Assembly (NCBI GenBank): GCA_951804945.1
Contig: OX638152.1
Location: forward strand, 46,500,001 to 46,564,000
Direction of reading: 5' to 3'
Source: Podarcis cretensis
Lineage: Eukaryota
Length of the DNA: 64,000 nucleotides
Part shown: positions 27,256 to 42,476 of the stretch, piece by piece
How positions within the stretch are numbered: the stretch's first letter is position 1
Layout: every line of letters begins with the position of its first letter
Position numbers and translations under genes: made by a program
Notes under the pieces: model-generated
Seen by the model: only the letters and a program-made list of their open reading frames with translations
The model's database searches: none
What the model was told of the DNA's origin: nothing

Positions 27256-28798
27256 TGAACTTTCTGAAGCTTTGCCAAAGCATCTAGATAACACAAGGCC
27301 CGTTTTTGTCTGCTAGTGCCCGATGCTCTCCTGCACCCACATCATCCAAATGCCTGTTGGATGACTGGCTATGCTCTTTTGATTCTTTTCAAAATATGTG
27401 TGTAGGCTCTGCCTACGTTCCTGGTTGTTGTAAAAAGTCAGGACTAGTAAAAAGTGTTTAATTCCTTGGCAAACTCAATATACATCCTGGCTTTACACAG
27501 ACCCCTCTGTTCCCTGTCAACCACATATTGTCCCATGCAGGATGAAAAACCAGGAAGCTTCTCCAAAAAATTGTAGGCTGTACTACATGCTTCAGGACTG
27601 TGTACAGTTCAAGATATTCCAGTTAATTTTTTAAAAAATATAGCATGTGGCCCAAGACAGAATTTTCAGTCAAGCTGAGGGGGGATTTTAAATCAACTTT
27701 GTTGAACAGGTGCCAATGGGTAGCAAGAAAATGAGAAGGAAACCATGATAAGGATCTGTTAGTGCTTAGCATGAAATGAAACACAGTGTGTACTATTTGT
27801 TTGGAATATAAAGTTTAATTGGAAGAGAAAAGTACTAAAAGCCCTCCTCTATGAAATGAAGCATTTAAATATATTTTAGTTAGACACGGAAAAGTGAATT
27901 TGGCATTTGATTCCAAATGTATGTAAAATTCTGTTCAGAACAATTATGGTAGCACAATTTCTTTTTTGTTTCATCTGTGGTTTGTCATACAGTGTATGTC
28001 ATGGATACAGGAAGGGAGGTTACTGTACTACAAGAATGTCCAAAACCCCATTGGGTATCGAGAGTTAAATGCATGTCAAGGCAAAGAGGAGGAAAACAAA
28101 TAAAAAATACAAAGACGTGGTTTTTTTAAAATGTGAGAATAAAGATAATAATAAATGGTAGTTTCTTTCAACTGCCAGAAGTCTACTATTTCATTTACTA
28201 TTAAGCAGACAGCATTTTGTTAGTGTTTTTAGTAAGTTTATACTACGAAAAAGAGCTTGACATATATTTGAAATTGTAATCCATATATTTGCATTCTTAT
28301 TACATGTGGTTTTACTCGTATCATATGTGATGATTTTTTAACTCTTATCATGTGTGATGGTTTTGTTCCAGAGGTCTATGCATAAATGCAAATAACATGT
28401 AAAGTCAGGAACCTCCAGAGGTGATCCGCCCCCCCGCAAGGTGGAAGGCTGCTTACCAGGACCTCCTGCTGCCTCTCCAAAGCATAGAAAGCCTGCAATC
28501 ACAGCAGTGTACTAGTGAGAGAGGGAAATAAATAAATGGAAAATGTGTTTCCTCCTCTCTCCATTTACTTATTTATTTCTCCTCCTCCTGTGTGCAATCA
28601 CATAAGTAAACTTAGCATAAGATGCAAGTTACCTGTATATGATAGACATGTTTGATCATGTTTGCATGAAACGGGACAGATGGTTCAGTTCCTCTAGTCC
28701 AGTATTCTGCTAACAGTGGTCAATGAAATTGATGGCCATTCTCCCTAGCACATAGTACTCATACTGTCCCATCTGAATAGTTTCCATATAACTATTAT

Positions 28799-28931
28799 CC
28801 GTGCTTTTTTTCTGGGGGGACGCAGGTGTACACATATCCCTAAACATTTTGTGAATCTAAGTTTGGCCTCCTTGAGGGGCAGTATTTCAATATGGGTAGG
28901 AAAATGAGAGCACCCCTAAAAAAAAGCACTG
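28799..28931. mobile_element. hAT MITE, apparently inserted in an older CR1-like remnant (about 28665-28965)
   Basis: Ends ccgtgctttttt / aaaaaagcactg; 8-bp flanks actattat and acaattat. Confidence 0.8.
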
Positions 28932-29479
28932 ACAATTATGGACATTTATTCCACAAAAATTGTCTAAAAGGAAAATAAGATACACTCTCCTATATAAAAA
29001 TAACAGTCTCCCCCAGCTCATGAAGAGAATTACTATATGGCTTTAGATCAAAACCCTACCAAACTGCAGCAACAAAGCACTTGCTATGGCCTATCTATAC
29101 TGGTTCTACCTAATACCATCCTTCCCTTAAATATATTGGCACTTTTAAGTTTATGTTCACAGCTGTACATTGCAAACATCTGGTAATTAGCACTGGGGCT
29201 GCATTTATCCTTGAGTATTGAATCAAAAAGAAGTTCAATGGGACATCCCCAAATAAGTGTGGTTAGCATTGCAGTCTTAGATATGTTGTTATAACCAATG
29301 TATTATTTGTTGTTGTGGCCCATGGGAATCCAAGTTTCAGCGTTTAGTCACATCTATCTTGAGTGGTGGACTGTGTTACAGCATCACTTTTGTATCTGAA
29401 AAAAGGTCCTATAACCTTCATAATATAGGGTATTCTGAATTTTAAAGTTGTATATATCTATGAAGGCTAATCCATCTAA

Positions 29480-29707
<228 letters not shown>

Positions 29708-30004
29708 TAACGTTGCTTATAATGTAGCAGAATGGTAACTCTAGCGTGGTAACAACATGATTTTGAGTTTATATGCTTTCTACTATATAAGGTGTTTATT
29801 AAGGTGAAAATGCATTTGATTGCACTACACAGAAGTATGATTTAATGTGGGAGAGACATTACTTGATAAGATTAATGTGTTTTTGGCTTAGGCAATTGTA
29901 ACTTAAATTTACCTTTCAAATTATCAAGCACTCATAGTGTGTTGAATCTGGATGTCTTGAAATGAGCTGTGTGTTCCTCTTCTCACAGTTCAGTCTCCCT
30001 TCAT

Positions 30005-30195
30005 GTGCCTTATACATCTTCTGGTAAAGATAATCTGGTTTCTTAAACCACAATTTCTCATGATATCTGGTGGTAAAATGTAGCATAAGAAAACCTGGAT
30101 ATAAAACTAGGATCAGATCCTGGTTAATTAGACATGACAGGAAAATGTGGTATTGAAAAACAGAATATCTTCACTATATGGGAAACGTGTGAGAC
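30005..30195. mobile_element. Old palindromic MITE-like remnant
   Basis: aaagataatctggtttcttaaaccacaattt is approximately the reverse complement of aaaatgtggtattgaaaaacagaatatcttc. Confidence 0.45.
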
Positions 30196-30839
30196 GTGGC
30201 TTTTCCTAGTCCAAAAAAATAGTTTATTGGGCTGAATTTGTGACCTCTGAACTGCACCTGTTAAGTTTTATTGTGACATTTATTTCACTTCAAAGGTATC
30301 CTTCCAAAACAGTAAGAACGCTGCAGCATCAGTCAGAAAATATAGAGCTTTTTAAGTGGAGCTTAAATAGTGTTGCATAATAATTTTGATGAAATCTAAT
30401 AGTGGTTTGCACACATATCAAGAAACAAATCAACCAGCTGATCATTGAAAAAGTTAACTCATTAATGGCATTAGAAGAATCTAGATGAAGGAGGCTGGAC
30501 TAGAGAAAGGGGCATCTTTCAAAGAAGGTGGGAAACTTTGTCAGTTGTTTTCTCTTCTAAGGTTGTTGGAGCCAAGCACATGTCTGGAAGAGTCAAATGC
30601 AGGGAACTGCCTTTTCTCCTTAAAAAAAATATTGCTTGATATTAACACATATTCTGTAGTTGAACACCATATTATTGTCCCCTGAATATTGCATGCTTTA
30701 CTTTCATTACTTATTTAATTATCTTTAGATTCTTGTAAAGCCTGAAGCAACTACTGTTGCTTAGATGATTAGAAAATCGCTTCCAGTTGCAGAAAACTTT
30801 TCTCCTTCCCTCTCCCTTTCCTGTTGTTTCTTCTGCCAG

Positions 30840-31045
30840 TTATTGCCGACCGGCCTCCTCCTGTCATTCGACAAGGTCCTGTGAATCAGACTGTTGCTGT
30901 GGATGGTACTTTAGTACTCAGCTGTGTGGCTGCAGGCACTCTAATGCCAACAATTCTCTGGAGAAAGGATGGCACACTCATCTCCACACAGGATTCCCGG
31001 ATCAAGCAGCTGGAAACTGGTGCATTACAGATTCGATATGCCAAG
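30840..31045 (+). CDS. ROBO1: ROBO1 exon, Ig5 first part ([33 protein letters not shown]...ALQIRYAK), 206 nt, phase 1-0
   Basis: tgccag|TT acceptor, AAG|gtagtt donor; ORF 30824-31054. Confidence 0.96.
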
Positions 31046-32296
31046 GTAGTTTGAAACTGAAACCAAACAATTCTTTTTAACTTTGCTTCTCTTTGGTGCT
31101 TGCCTTGAGGCCCTGAACATTGCAGCCTCTAATTTTAGAATTAATGAAATGTTAAATAACTGTATTAATATCATCTTTATTTGATTCTTCGTGTCTTGAG
31201 ATAGCTTATTCTGCATTCCCAAAGTACCTTAGATTATAACAGAGCCGCTGGCAAGTTATTTCAGTTTTCCTAAGTAAGATTCTTCTAAGAAGAATTAATT
31301 TATAAAACTGTTTAAACATAGAAGATGGGATGGTGGTACAGCAATACATAGGAATCTTCTTTGGCGATCGCTTATAGCCAAGTAAGATTGTCTTCCATGA
31401 ACACGGTCTTAACAGTGAGTCCATAAGTGACTGTGGAGGCCAATTCTGGATCCACGTGTCCACAGTGGGGATATAGGTTTCCGGGTGGGAATTGATCATG
31501 GTGAGGGGCTGCCATATGTGCCTTCCTATTAGCTCATTTCTCCCTTTAGTCCTGGTTGTAACCATAAATGTTTTGAATCCGTTTCACTTGCTAGCAGGCA
31601 TGTGAACAGTAAACAAGCTCCAGCGTTTTCGCATAACATGAAAGCTGTACGATATTGTTTCAAAATATTCTCTACAGTTCATTTACTATAATTTCTCTAC
31701 TAGCAGTTATCCCTATTGTCCTTGTGCTTCCTGTCCATTTTTTTTACTACCTATACATACGCAGGAAAGATTATTAAGATTAAAATAACTGAATACAGAG
31801 CTGGCTTCCGGAGGGTTTATGGAAGCATGCTTGGTCAATGTGTTATTCCTTTGAGACAAGTTGTAGCAAAATGGTTTGCGTTTTTCCAAGGAATATGAAC
31901 ACCTGTTTTTACTTGCTAGGTGTTTTGCCTTAGGATAACTTGGTTCATGTAGTTAGGCCAAATGTAAAGACATCTTTTCATACAACACATTACCTGAAAC
32001 CATGTAGTTACCTGCCCATGCAACTCTTTATGCCAGCACAGAATTACTGAACTCTTCCATTTGGCAGTGGTGTTTTTTTAACTTTTAGATTGACCTTTTT
32101 AGAGTGGTTTAATCTTTAGTTGTGTGTATTTAGAGGAAGTTTCAGGTGGGCTTTGCCTGGTGTTTGACATCAGGTGATTATACTATATGCTGTCTGTGTT
32201 ATCCAAATCAGTTCCAAAAACATTTTCAGCTTCAGCTGTGGACGTTAAAATCTTCCAATAATTCATATTCACAAGCAAATGGAGCAAAAACTAACA

Positions 32297-32339
<43 letters not shown>

Positions 32340-32340
32340 T
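32297..32340. repeat. (TTA)n microsatellite
   Basis: Direct reading. Confidence 0.97.
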
Positions 32341-32554
32341 CTATTGTTTTTTTATTATTTTACGGTGGAACTGTGATGAAGTCCTCACTTAGTTTCTTTC
32401 CTAGCATAGTGACTCAATGGTGTTTTTTCTCTCTGAAGAAACCTGTGATATAAGCAATTTTGGGGGCGAAGGGAAGCCCCTAATTCTCCTGTAAGCAGTT
32501 TCATTGATTAAGCATCTTTCTTACCTTTTAATAAAGAAGGATGGGATATCATAT

Positions 32555-32975
32555 GGAATGGAGCGGGCAGCGGTGGAATTAGTCTTCCCCGGGTGTGCCG
32601 GGGCCAAGGAGCATGGAGGGCGACATGAGGATGCACCAAGAGGGCAAGCATACAAACTTCCAATCAGTCTGTTTAGCATGTGCTGGAAGGGTGACATGGG
32701 AAAGCAGCAGAGCAGGCTCATGCCCTTCCAATCAGCGCAAATGGTCTGATTAGAAGGCTGCATGCCTGTTGCATTCTCCTGATGTCCTGATTGGAAGGGT
32801 GCATGCCTATTGTGTTCTCCTGATGCCCGGCTAGCCCCGCACTGCTTTGCAAGGCTGGGATGTGGGATCGGACTCACAAAGCTGGAAAAAACGTGCACCC
32901 GGGGCAATAGGCCCCCTCACCCTGCACATGCTACGCCTCTGGGTCTTGAGGTCATCTCCCAGCCCGCTCCATGCC
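32555..32975. mobile_element. GC-rich DNA-transposon remnant with internal inverted CCAATCAG/CTGATTGG units
   Basis: gctacgcctctg terminus-like motif near 32930-32941; catgcccttccaatcag versus ctgattggaagggtgcatg. Confidence 0.55.
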
Positions 32976-35900
32976 CAGAAACTGCAATTCTTTTATTCAC
33001 AGGAATAAAAATGACATTCAAATAATTTGTCCTTTAACTTCATATGCAAATGGATTGTTGCATTGTCCTTGTAGTAGAGTCATATCACACTCTCTTTTAG
33101 CAATAGTTAATATTCCTGTAGGGTTTTTTCTGCAGGGTTTACCTAAAAAATTTCACAACTCAGCATTTTAAAGCTTGGCAAGATTTACTTATACCATTGT
33201 TTTCTAAATGGAACCTAACCTCTAGGAAATTATAATCCTTTATCGTTTCCTGTAGCAAACATAGCACGTGCACACCCTCTTCTGGGAACTACTGCCTGTT
33301 TACTAATGATAATAATAACTTAATGGAGCTCATAGAAACAGAAGCTATCTCACGGGATGTAGAGGGGGATGGGAATGTCACAAGGCTATGCAATTTTGCC
33401 TCTGCATCACCAGAGAAGTAATTTTTCTAATTAATTTTTGTTAAAGATCTGATACAGCTTCTGTCTACAGGCAATTTAGGATCTGACCCTATGTGTTAAA
33501 AGGCCACATGTTAGAGAGAAGCTACATGGACATTAAAGTTTCCTAAGTAAACATCCAGTAAGCACTGTGAAGTTAGCCGTAGTGCTTGGAAATATACAAA
33601 AACAACATGAAGCATGTAGTTTCCAGAGACATATATAATTAGGTACACCAAAATGATTTTCTGAGCCTGGTAAGCTCTTAGGAGAGAAAGTAACATACAA
33701 ATATAATGCAACATTCACAGACCATGTAAAGCAAAATAAAGAGGTACAAAGCCAGTAAAGCAGCTCTCCCCACTTCAATTGCTTTAATTTTAACATTCCA
33801 CATTCCTGATATTTAACAGAAAAACAAAAGAGAAGTTTTCCAACCTTGAAAACAACAAAAACAAACAAATATTTTCTGTGCATGTGCAATTTTGCAACAT
33901 TGGTTACTGAACCACCTCTCAAGCCTAACCTATCTCACAGGGTTGCTGTGAAGCTAAAATGCAGAACTCACAGACTATGTAGAGAGAAATAAACATGCAC
34001 AGAACCGGGAAAGCATATCCCATGCTTTAACAGCAAAATTGTACAGTTCTGATATTTTATAGCAACCCCCCAAGTTTGACAACCTTGATAAACAATCAGA
34101 ATTACTCAGAGCACAAGCAGTTCCTAAAAACAACAAAGCAGCAAGGGAATCATATGAGGGAAATATTTTGAAGTACCCCCACTTCTGTCTTCAGAACTCC
34201 TGGGTTTCAACTCTATAGTTATCCTGAGTATGAGTCAGTGGTGGTTGCTGGTGCTTCCATCCCCTCTTCTGGAGGCTGCAGCAGACTTTTTACGCACACA
34301 CAGTAACCCAAGCAGGTGCCTGCAGCCACTGATCAGGCACCTGTGAGCTTCATGTATTTGCTATGCACCTCTACCAGCAGTCTTTTTTCTTCTTCCTATT
34401 TGCTGGCTCACTCCTTCAACATGTTGTCTGACTCCTTACTGCTTCATCATTCCAGCTCCTTTCCAAAAGCTGAAGCACTGCAAAACAGCTTCCTTTTGGA
34501 TCATCATATGTCCACATCTAGCACAGCTGAGAGCCAACTTTTTGTCACTGAGACCAGGCAGTCTACTCCAAAGCAGTAGCTCTGCCTAGTCATGGCCAGC
34601 TGCTGAGGCCTGGGCACTGGAGACAGGCAGCTTCTCAGTATCGCGCTCTTCCAAACACTGGACCTGCACAGCTGTACCAATCTCTTGGTTTTGCTATTAA
34701 TATGAAACTATGGAGGACATTCTCTTATGTTACTTTAAACCCCCATCCTGCACTGCTCTTTTCTACTAAACAGAGTGTCACACATATATACCTTTTTGCA
34801 ATCAAGCTGTATATAAATTTTATATGAAATAAATCATTTTATCCCATTCATACGTCCCCCACCAAACACACCATATAAATGTTGTTCCTCTCATCCAAAC
34901 ATCACTAAAGACCCATTCATATACATAGTCACATGTCTCACATATCCTACCAGATAATACACACCCACTGAGCACCTCACATCTCCATACACAGACACAT
35001 ACACAGAAGCATCAATATAATGTGATGAATTTCCCTGAGAGAAATTTCCCATCCCTGTCTCAAGTGCTTGGAGCGGACATGTGAAATAGAAATGAAGATG
35101 GATATGTCAGAAGCTATATAGGAAACATGATTCTGGGTAACTGTAGGGTCTTTCCCTAAACCACTTCTAGAGATCATATTTAGAGCAAAGGTGGGGAAAC
35201 TGTGGCCCTCCTGCTATTGCTGGACCACAGTTGCCATAATCTCTGACTATTGGCCATGCTGGTTTATGGGCTATCCATATAGAAAAACATAAAAGTTCGT
35301 TTCAGTCTCTGTATCTAAGAAGGCATATCATCTGCCAGGAGATCAGAAATAGGTTGTAGATAAAAGGGGATGATAAAATAAGCCTGCTTAAAAACCTTGC
35401 CCTTTTATGAGCTTTGAAAATTTGAGAGAGAGCGATCTCCCTGATGTCTTTGTGAAAGAAGCCATGGAGAGGAACTGAGACTACTGTCAAGATTGCACCT
35501 GCTGGCAGAAGCCTGATGTGAGCAGGGAGCCTGGAACCAGTAGCTATGTGTGACAGAGCAAGTAGTTAGGACCAAACTAAGTGAAAGAATTAATAAGCGA
35601 TCTAAAAATAAGGACCAAAGAATACAGCAGAAGTATGTGAGAATTCAAGAAGACCTTGTTACTTGACCTGGAATAGGAAGTCCTCTTATAACTCTTTGTT
35701 TCCAGGAGGGTCCAATCATTAGACAGAATGGTTGGGAATCAGTCCACAGCTTGAGGACATTAAACTATCTAGGCAGATGCCACTACATGACTCCAGAAAA
35801 GAAGAATACATGTTATTGTCCCCATCAACAGAAAAAGTGGGCTAACACACCATGTCACATTGATTGATGGTGGAGAGGTATTCCCCCTAGCAACCTCTGG

Positions 35901-36148
35901 TGTATTCTTTAAAAGGACTACAAATGCGCACTGAGAAGTTGGACTATAGACCACCCATATATCCCCGCCCAATCAATGAGGTCTTCAGGGACCACAACAT
36001 AGAACATATAAAAAATATATTTTAATCCTGTATTCTATGATGAGTACAGAAGCCCAATTAAAATTTGAGCTCAACTATTGCATTTTAATTTAGTGTAATT
36101 GAGTATCACTTTCTTCTAACAAATTTTCATTTGCGGGACTTTGGGTGA

Positions 36149-36340
<192 letters not shown>

Positions 36341-36414
36341 TAGAGGAGAAACCATAAAAATAAGTAATTACAGTCTAATGGCTCTCTGATTATGTAATAA
36401 ATGATATATACTAA

Positions 36415-36926
<512 letters not shown>

Positions 36927-38322
36927 TAAGACTGAACTAAAGACAACCATTTGTTTAGATATGCTTCACTGAAAGGAAACAGAAAAGAAACACCCATTTT
37001 AGGAAATACTGTTAATACAGTATCTGCTCTTGTTCTGTATGCAACAATAGATAACAAGGCTGTCAACCAAAAAGGGGCTTAATGCTGAGGAAACATCTAT
37101 AGCAGATCCTACTGAGAAACAAACCACTTTTTAATCTAAACAGTTTATTTCTGGGCAGTAGCGTCTGTAGCTTCACATCAAATAAAAATCTGGATAAGGA
37201 CACAGTTCTCTCCGAGAAAATGTGCCAGCAGAGTTACTAGTTTTCAAAAATCATCTGTTTCTTACAATTAAAAGTTAGGTGCTATGCTAACTAAACATAA
37301 GTTGTCATGAAATCAAGTCATTCACTTGCCTTCCAGCATAACGGGGTGGGGAAAACAAGCCGAAATGCCAAAATACATTTGTGTGGCATTCAGTACCATT
37401 TTATGAGAGATAAAATATAAGCAGATGTTTTAAACTGAGTCAGATCATTAATCCATCTACCCTATAATTCTTTATTTTTATGGGCACTGGCTATCTAAGG
37501 ACTAAGGGCAGAAGTCATGGATTATTTCAGAACAGACACAGTGTTAAGGTTATACATTGAGATGAGCTACATTTTTATCTGCCAAAGATGTTTTTGGGGG
37601 TGTACCAAGAAATAGCAATATTATTTTTAATTCAGAAGATTATTCCAAACTTTGCGATCCACTAATTGAACTATATTTGACCCACTTGAAATGCTTCTCT
37701 TTGTATATAACAATATTTTTATCCACTTGGATCCAACAGGACCCTGAAAAAGTGGAAAGAACTTCCACACATGCAAGTTGCACCCCAATTTTCATGAATT
37801 CCCCTTTCCACTGCAGACGCTCAAACCACATCCATTGCTGCTCCAATTATAATGGCTTGGAAATATGGAAAATGTAGGAGTACTGAGCATTACTAGAGAG
37901 TAATGTTGCAGGCACAGAAGCTTGTCTCTTTGCCTGCCAGATAGTTGGAGCTCCAACTGCCTAGCAGGTTCAGAGGCAAAGAAAGACAGCATGCCCTGAG
38001 CTGGAGGAAGATGACAGATAGAGGCACTTCAGTTCCTCCTTGGTTCTGTGTTTATTTCAAAACTGCAGCGGAAGATCAGATGCAAGACCCCAAACCTTGG
38101 GAGAGGGGAGTATCTTGGCAATCACAAACTTGATTGGCCACCAAAGCCATCCAAAATAATTCCCAACCCAATTTATTGACCCTTGATTTATTTCTTGATT
38201 GTGTCCCCATTCTATCTTGGATGCAAGGCAAAATATACACTTAGTGGTACAATCAAACCTGTTTTTCAAGTCTCTGTCATATATCTTTTAAGGTTAACAT
38301 TAGTTTGTTGAAATTGTTACAG

Positions 38323-38444
38323 ATGTTCCACCTACAAGTCAGGGTGTGGATCACAAACAAGTACAGCGGGAGCTGGGTGATGTTGTTCTACATCTCCATA
38401 ATCCTACAATCCTTTCTTCTTCCTCAATTGAAGTTCATTGGACA
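38323..38444 (+). CDS. ROBO1: ROBO1 exon, start of FN3-2 ([41 protein letters not shown]), 122 nt, phase 1-0
   Basis: ttacag|AT acceptor, ACA|gtaagt donor. Confidence 0.96.
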
Positions 38445-38711
38445 GTAAGTAAAGCAAAAGTGCTAGTAGCCTAAAAAAAGAATTTTCCCAACAGCATACA
38501 AAATACAACAACATACTCATGATAAACTCTGAAGAGATGTTGATAAGCTGCCTTGGAGGCATTAGTAGCATTAATTACTATTCACTAATAAGCAGGCTAT
38601 ACACACGTGCACACATACACTTGTTGGGTTGCATTCTGATGTCATGTTCAAAGAAGGATCATTTGCAGTTTCTTCTTTTTAAAGAGACTTTAGTGATTCT
38701 TATAATAATAA

Positions 38712-38770
38712 AATCGTAGAGTTGGAAGGGACCAAAGGGTCATCAAGTCCAACCCCCTGCAGTGCAGGAA
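38712..38770 (-). mobile_element. CR1-tail/SINE 3' fragment
   Basis: aatcgtagagttggaagggacc...gtcatcaagtccaaccccctgc. Confidence 0.75.
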
Positions 38771-39328
38771 TGCAGGATTCTTCTTCTTAGAATTTGTAAG
38801 TGGACCAGAACAGGGCAGCCTTAAACAAAAAAACCCAGAAATGTGGGTTTTTTTTAAGTGTGTGGTGAGGGGAGCATACAATAAGATTGAAAATAAAAGC
38901 TTTGGGAATAAAAAAAAATACAATGCATGTCTCTTTAACTTAGATCTCTTATGTTTAATCCAAACTCTCTGCCCATGTCTCAGGGTGCTTTAAATTTCTA
39001 TTGTCCAATGTGCAACAAGAAAAACAGTTTTTGAAATGAAAGGGATTTTCAACAGCAGATTGCAATATGTCACGAGGGCCTACTGTTCAGAGAAAAATAA
39101 ATAAAATCCCACTGGGCAAGTGCTATCACTTCAGTGTTTTTAAAGTAGCCTATTAGACCACAGTCAAACAGAGCTGTGTTGCCATTTGAGGTTAGTAGTA
39201 TTAAACTACCTAGAAACAAATGAGCAAGCTCCATGGTTTTCTGTGACTGCTAACATGTATTACCTAAAACTGTTTACACTTGATGCTTACTAATGTATTA
39301 ATATGGCTGTTCTATCTCCACGTTTAAG

Positions 39329-39560
39329 GTTGACCAACAATCCCAATATATTCAGGGATATAAAATTTTATACAGGCCAACAGCTGGTTCTCAAGGAGAA
39401 TCTGAGTGGTTGATTTTTGAAGTAAGGACACCAACAAAAAACAGTGTTGTGATTCCTGAGCTCAAAAAAGGAGTGAACTATGAAATCAAAGCTCGACCTT
39501 TTTTTAACGAGTTTCAAGGAGCTGATAGTGAAGTGAAATTTGCCAAAACTCTGGAAGAAG
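39329..39560 (+). CDS. ROBO1: ROBO1 exon, FN3-2 ([17 protein letters not shown]...KFAKTLEE), 232 nt, phase 0-1, GC donor
   Basis: tttaag|GTT acceptor; the frame joins the next exon only through AAG|gcaagt. Confidence 0.94.
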
Positions 39561-41036
39561 GCAAGTAGCAGCATGGCTGTCTTCATATTATCTTTTTGAA
39601 TTACTTTTTTGCCTGTTTCCCCCTGATGTATTTATGGCTTGATGTTCTTTGAAGTGCATTTTTTTTTTTTTGGAACTCAGCCCTCTGCCATGAAAGAGAA
39701 CTGTCAATGCATAGGGCTGATCATTATGTGATTTGTTGTTGACACAGAAGTAAATATTCAAAAGCATGTGAATGGGAAATCCCCTCAAAGACATAATAGG
39801 AACTGTGATGTTCCCCTCCGTCTCTTTCTGTTGAGTTCATGGTCTGGTCACAAATGACTTTGTGTCAAATTCAGACACTTGAAAATCACTGTCTAGAGTA
39901 GATGGCAGACACTGCTGTAACCATGAAAGAGCTGCGGTTTACATATTAGGGGACTTCCTATCTTTACTAGTTACAATAAGAGATTTGAAGATCATGAATG
40001 AAGACAATAAGCATGAGTTAAATTAGCAACACTTAGCCTCCTTCCTATTGGTATGTGTTATATATAAATATGCTCAACAAACCCCCTCTCCCCACCCCAC
40101 CAAATGTGATTACACCTCTGTGGATGCCAAACATAATGCCTGATATAGGCAGAGCTAGAGTATGTGGAATTCTAAGTGCTGAGTGGAAAGTGGTTGATTG
40201 TGATGGGTCTTCTGAGCCCATGGATCTGGAAAACAAAACTTTTGATGTGTGGAATGGGTCTGTGTAAGACACAATGCCCTTCTCCCCCTTCAGTTTTTGA
40301 TGTAGTATTTCTCTGCAAGGTACATTCTTCTGCACTTGAACCCTTTTCTAGTAATTCCAGGGGCCAACAGAACAATTTCCTTATTGATCATGGAATATTC
40401 ATTCTATATGAGCCCAAAGTCATTTTGTGGTTCTTCTGTTCTTTCCTTTTGTAGGTCTGTCCTTAGACCAAGAAAAAGAATGGGCACCCACAGCTAAATT
40501 GCCTGCCTGTTTTGTTTTGCTTTGTTTTGGGGTCAGTTCAAATATTTAATTGGAAAGCTTATCTTGTATCCAAACACAAACCACCAACATATGAAGGATG
40601 AACAGTGTGGATTTTCTTGTACAGCTCATCATGTGCACACTGGCAATTTGTGATCATTAGTAGCTGGTTCATCACATTAAACGTCTGTGACCACTGTTTG
40701 TGCACTTGGTTTGTTTTCTTTTCTTATACAAACTCCAAAGCATGAACAAAGCTATAGACATTTTAAATAGGTCTCAGATGTTGTATACTCTTTCTTTGAT
40801 TTACAGAAACTCAGTTAATATTTGAGGTATTTGGATCATCATGTGTTCACTTTATCACATCAACCTTTGGGAAATAGTTTGTTTTAAATTATCCCCCTCA
40901 GAAAATATTATCAAGGCATCTTGTTGAAGAAACTTTTCAAAACTAGTATTATATCTTCAAAAGCCCACTTGACCAGATTCTCTGATACCACGGTACAAAT
41001 ATTCTTCATGAATCTTCTTCAGTCACTTATTGTAAT

Positions 41037-41172
41037 TACCATACTTTTCCATATATAAAACTTTAAAATAAGGTTAAAAATCTGGGGGCGTCTTATACAT
41101 GGATAGTGCATATGCCTATTTCTAAATTTGGGGTCCCCAAAAGAAGGGGGCGTCTTATACAGAGAAAAATAC
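41037..41172. mobile_element. Tc2/pogo-like MITE
   Basis: taccatacttttcc left end; two gggggcgtcttatac subterminal repeats; gaaaaatac right end. Confidence 0.6.
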
Positions 41173-41296
41173 ATCTGCGTGTTGCCAAATCAGTTTTGTC
41201 TGCATCCTTAGCTGTAGCCTATTAAAAGCACTGCTCAGTGACAATGAAACGGAAAAAACAGCTTTAATCACAACCACCCTTTCTTCCCACAAACAG

Positions 41297-41418
41297 CTCC
41301 AAGTGCTCCTCCACAAAGTGTTTCAGTAACTAAGAACGATGGAAATGGCACTGCGATTGTAATAACATGGCAACCTCCCCCAGAGGAGACACAGAATGGG
41401 ATGGTTCAAGAATACAAG
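41297..41418 (+). CDS. ROBO1: ROBO1 exon, FN3-3 first half ([41 protein letters not shown]), 122 nt, phase 1-0
   Basis: aaacag|CT acceptor, AAG|gtaata donor. Confidence 0.96.
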
Positions 41419-42476
41419 GTAATATCTAGTTCTAACCTGGCAAATTATTGGCAAGCTATTGACAGAGAACTTGTTTGTGGTTTCTTGGCTCCATCTGGTG
41501 GTAAAAATCAAACCATAATAAAAGGATATGCCCGTATCTTTTAAGTCTGTTCGTTTAAAATTTTCATATATGCATTTGTGTTGTACAAGTAAATAAACAT
41601 ATTGATGTGCAATCAGAAACCTATAAAGTATGCTAATTCACTCTCAAACTGCTCACCACCTTTTACTTTATAAGAGAACTGCAGGCGTAAATTAAAAGAG
41701 AATAGTGTCTGTGTACAAGCATATTATGACACCAGTAAGTTATCATAAGAAATGGACATACATAAGAGTAAGCCAAGTGTAAGATTTTGTCATTTTAGGA
41801 ATATGGGAAATGTACTAATTTTACTTCTAGTTTTAAAAAATTCTTATTGATAAGAACATAGCTGATGTGAAGATTTTTGGAAGCACTGTTAGGAAAACAT
41901 AAGAGTAATTTCTATCATGTTACATTCTTTACATTTGCCACTGTGAAATAATATAAAACAATCTATCATATTTCTAATTTGATTTTATCTTACAATGTTT
42001 TCAATTTATTTCCACTGCTGCCCTCCATCCCTTCTAGTCAACTTCCTTTCTCCAGGTCAGGTATTCTCTCCTCATACTTGTATCCTGCCCTTCCTCCCAG
42101 TAGGAACATGGAGCAGCTAACAATGCTGTACTATGTACACATAAGGACATAATTATATATATATATAATTTAAAACATTATTACACAACTAGAAATGAAA
42201 ACGTAATAGAAACATCATTAGTAGAGAAAGTAAAAGTGATAGTCAGCGAGAAAAGTTGGTTGCCTTCCAAGCACATGAGAAAGGTTTTTTTACCTTGTGC
42301 ATATTAAAACACTATTTGGAGAAATGCCATGGTTGGTTTGTTGGTCTCTGGCTTAGCATTTTGTGTTAACCAGATCAGTGCCTGAGACGCTAGCAAAGAC
42401 ATATACAGGCTTTTAGAATGGAGTGTAACAACTTATTCACTTAGTGTTTCACTAGTCAAATGACTTGACTCTAGGG

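Noticed and set aside
39561-39570. Canonical GT donor at 39565
   Set aside because: Would add 4 nt and break the ROBO1 frame; the GC donor fits
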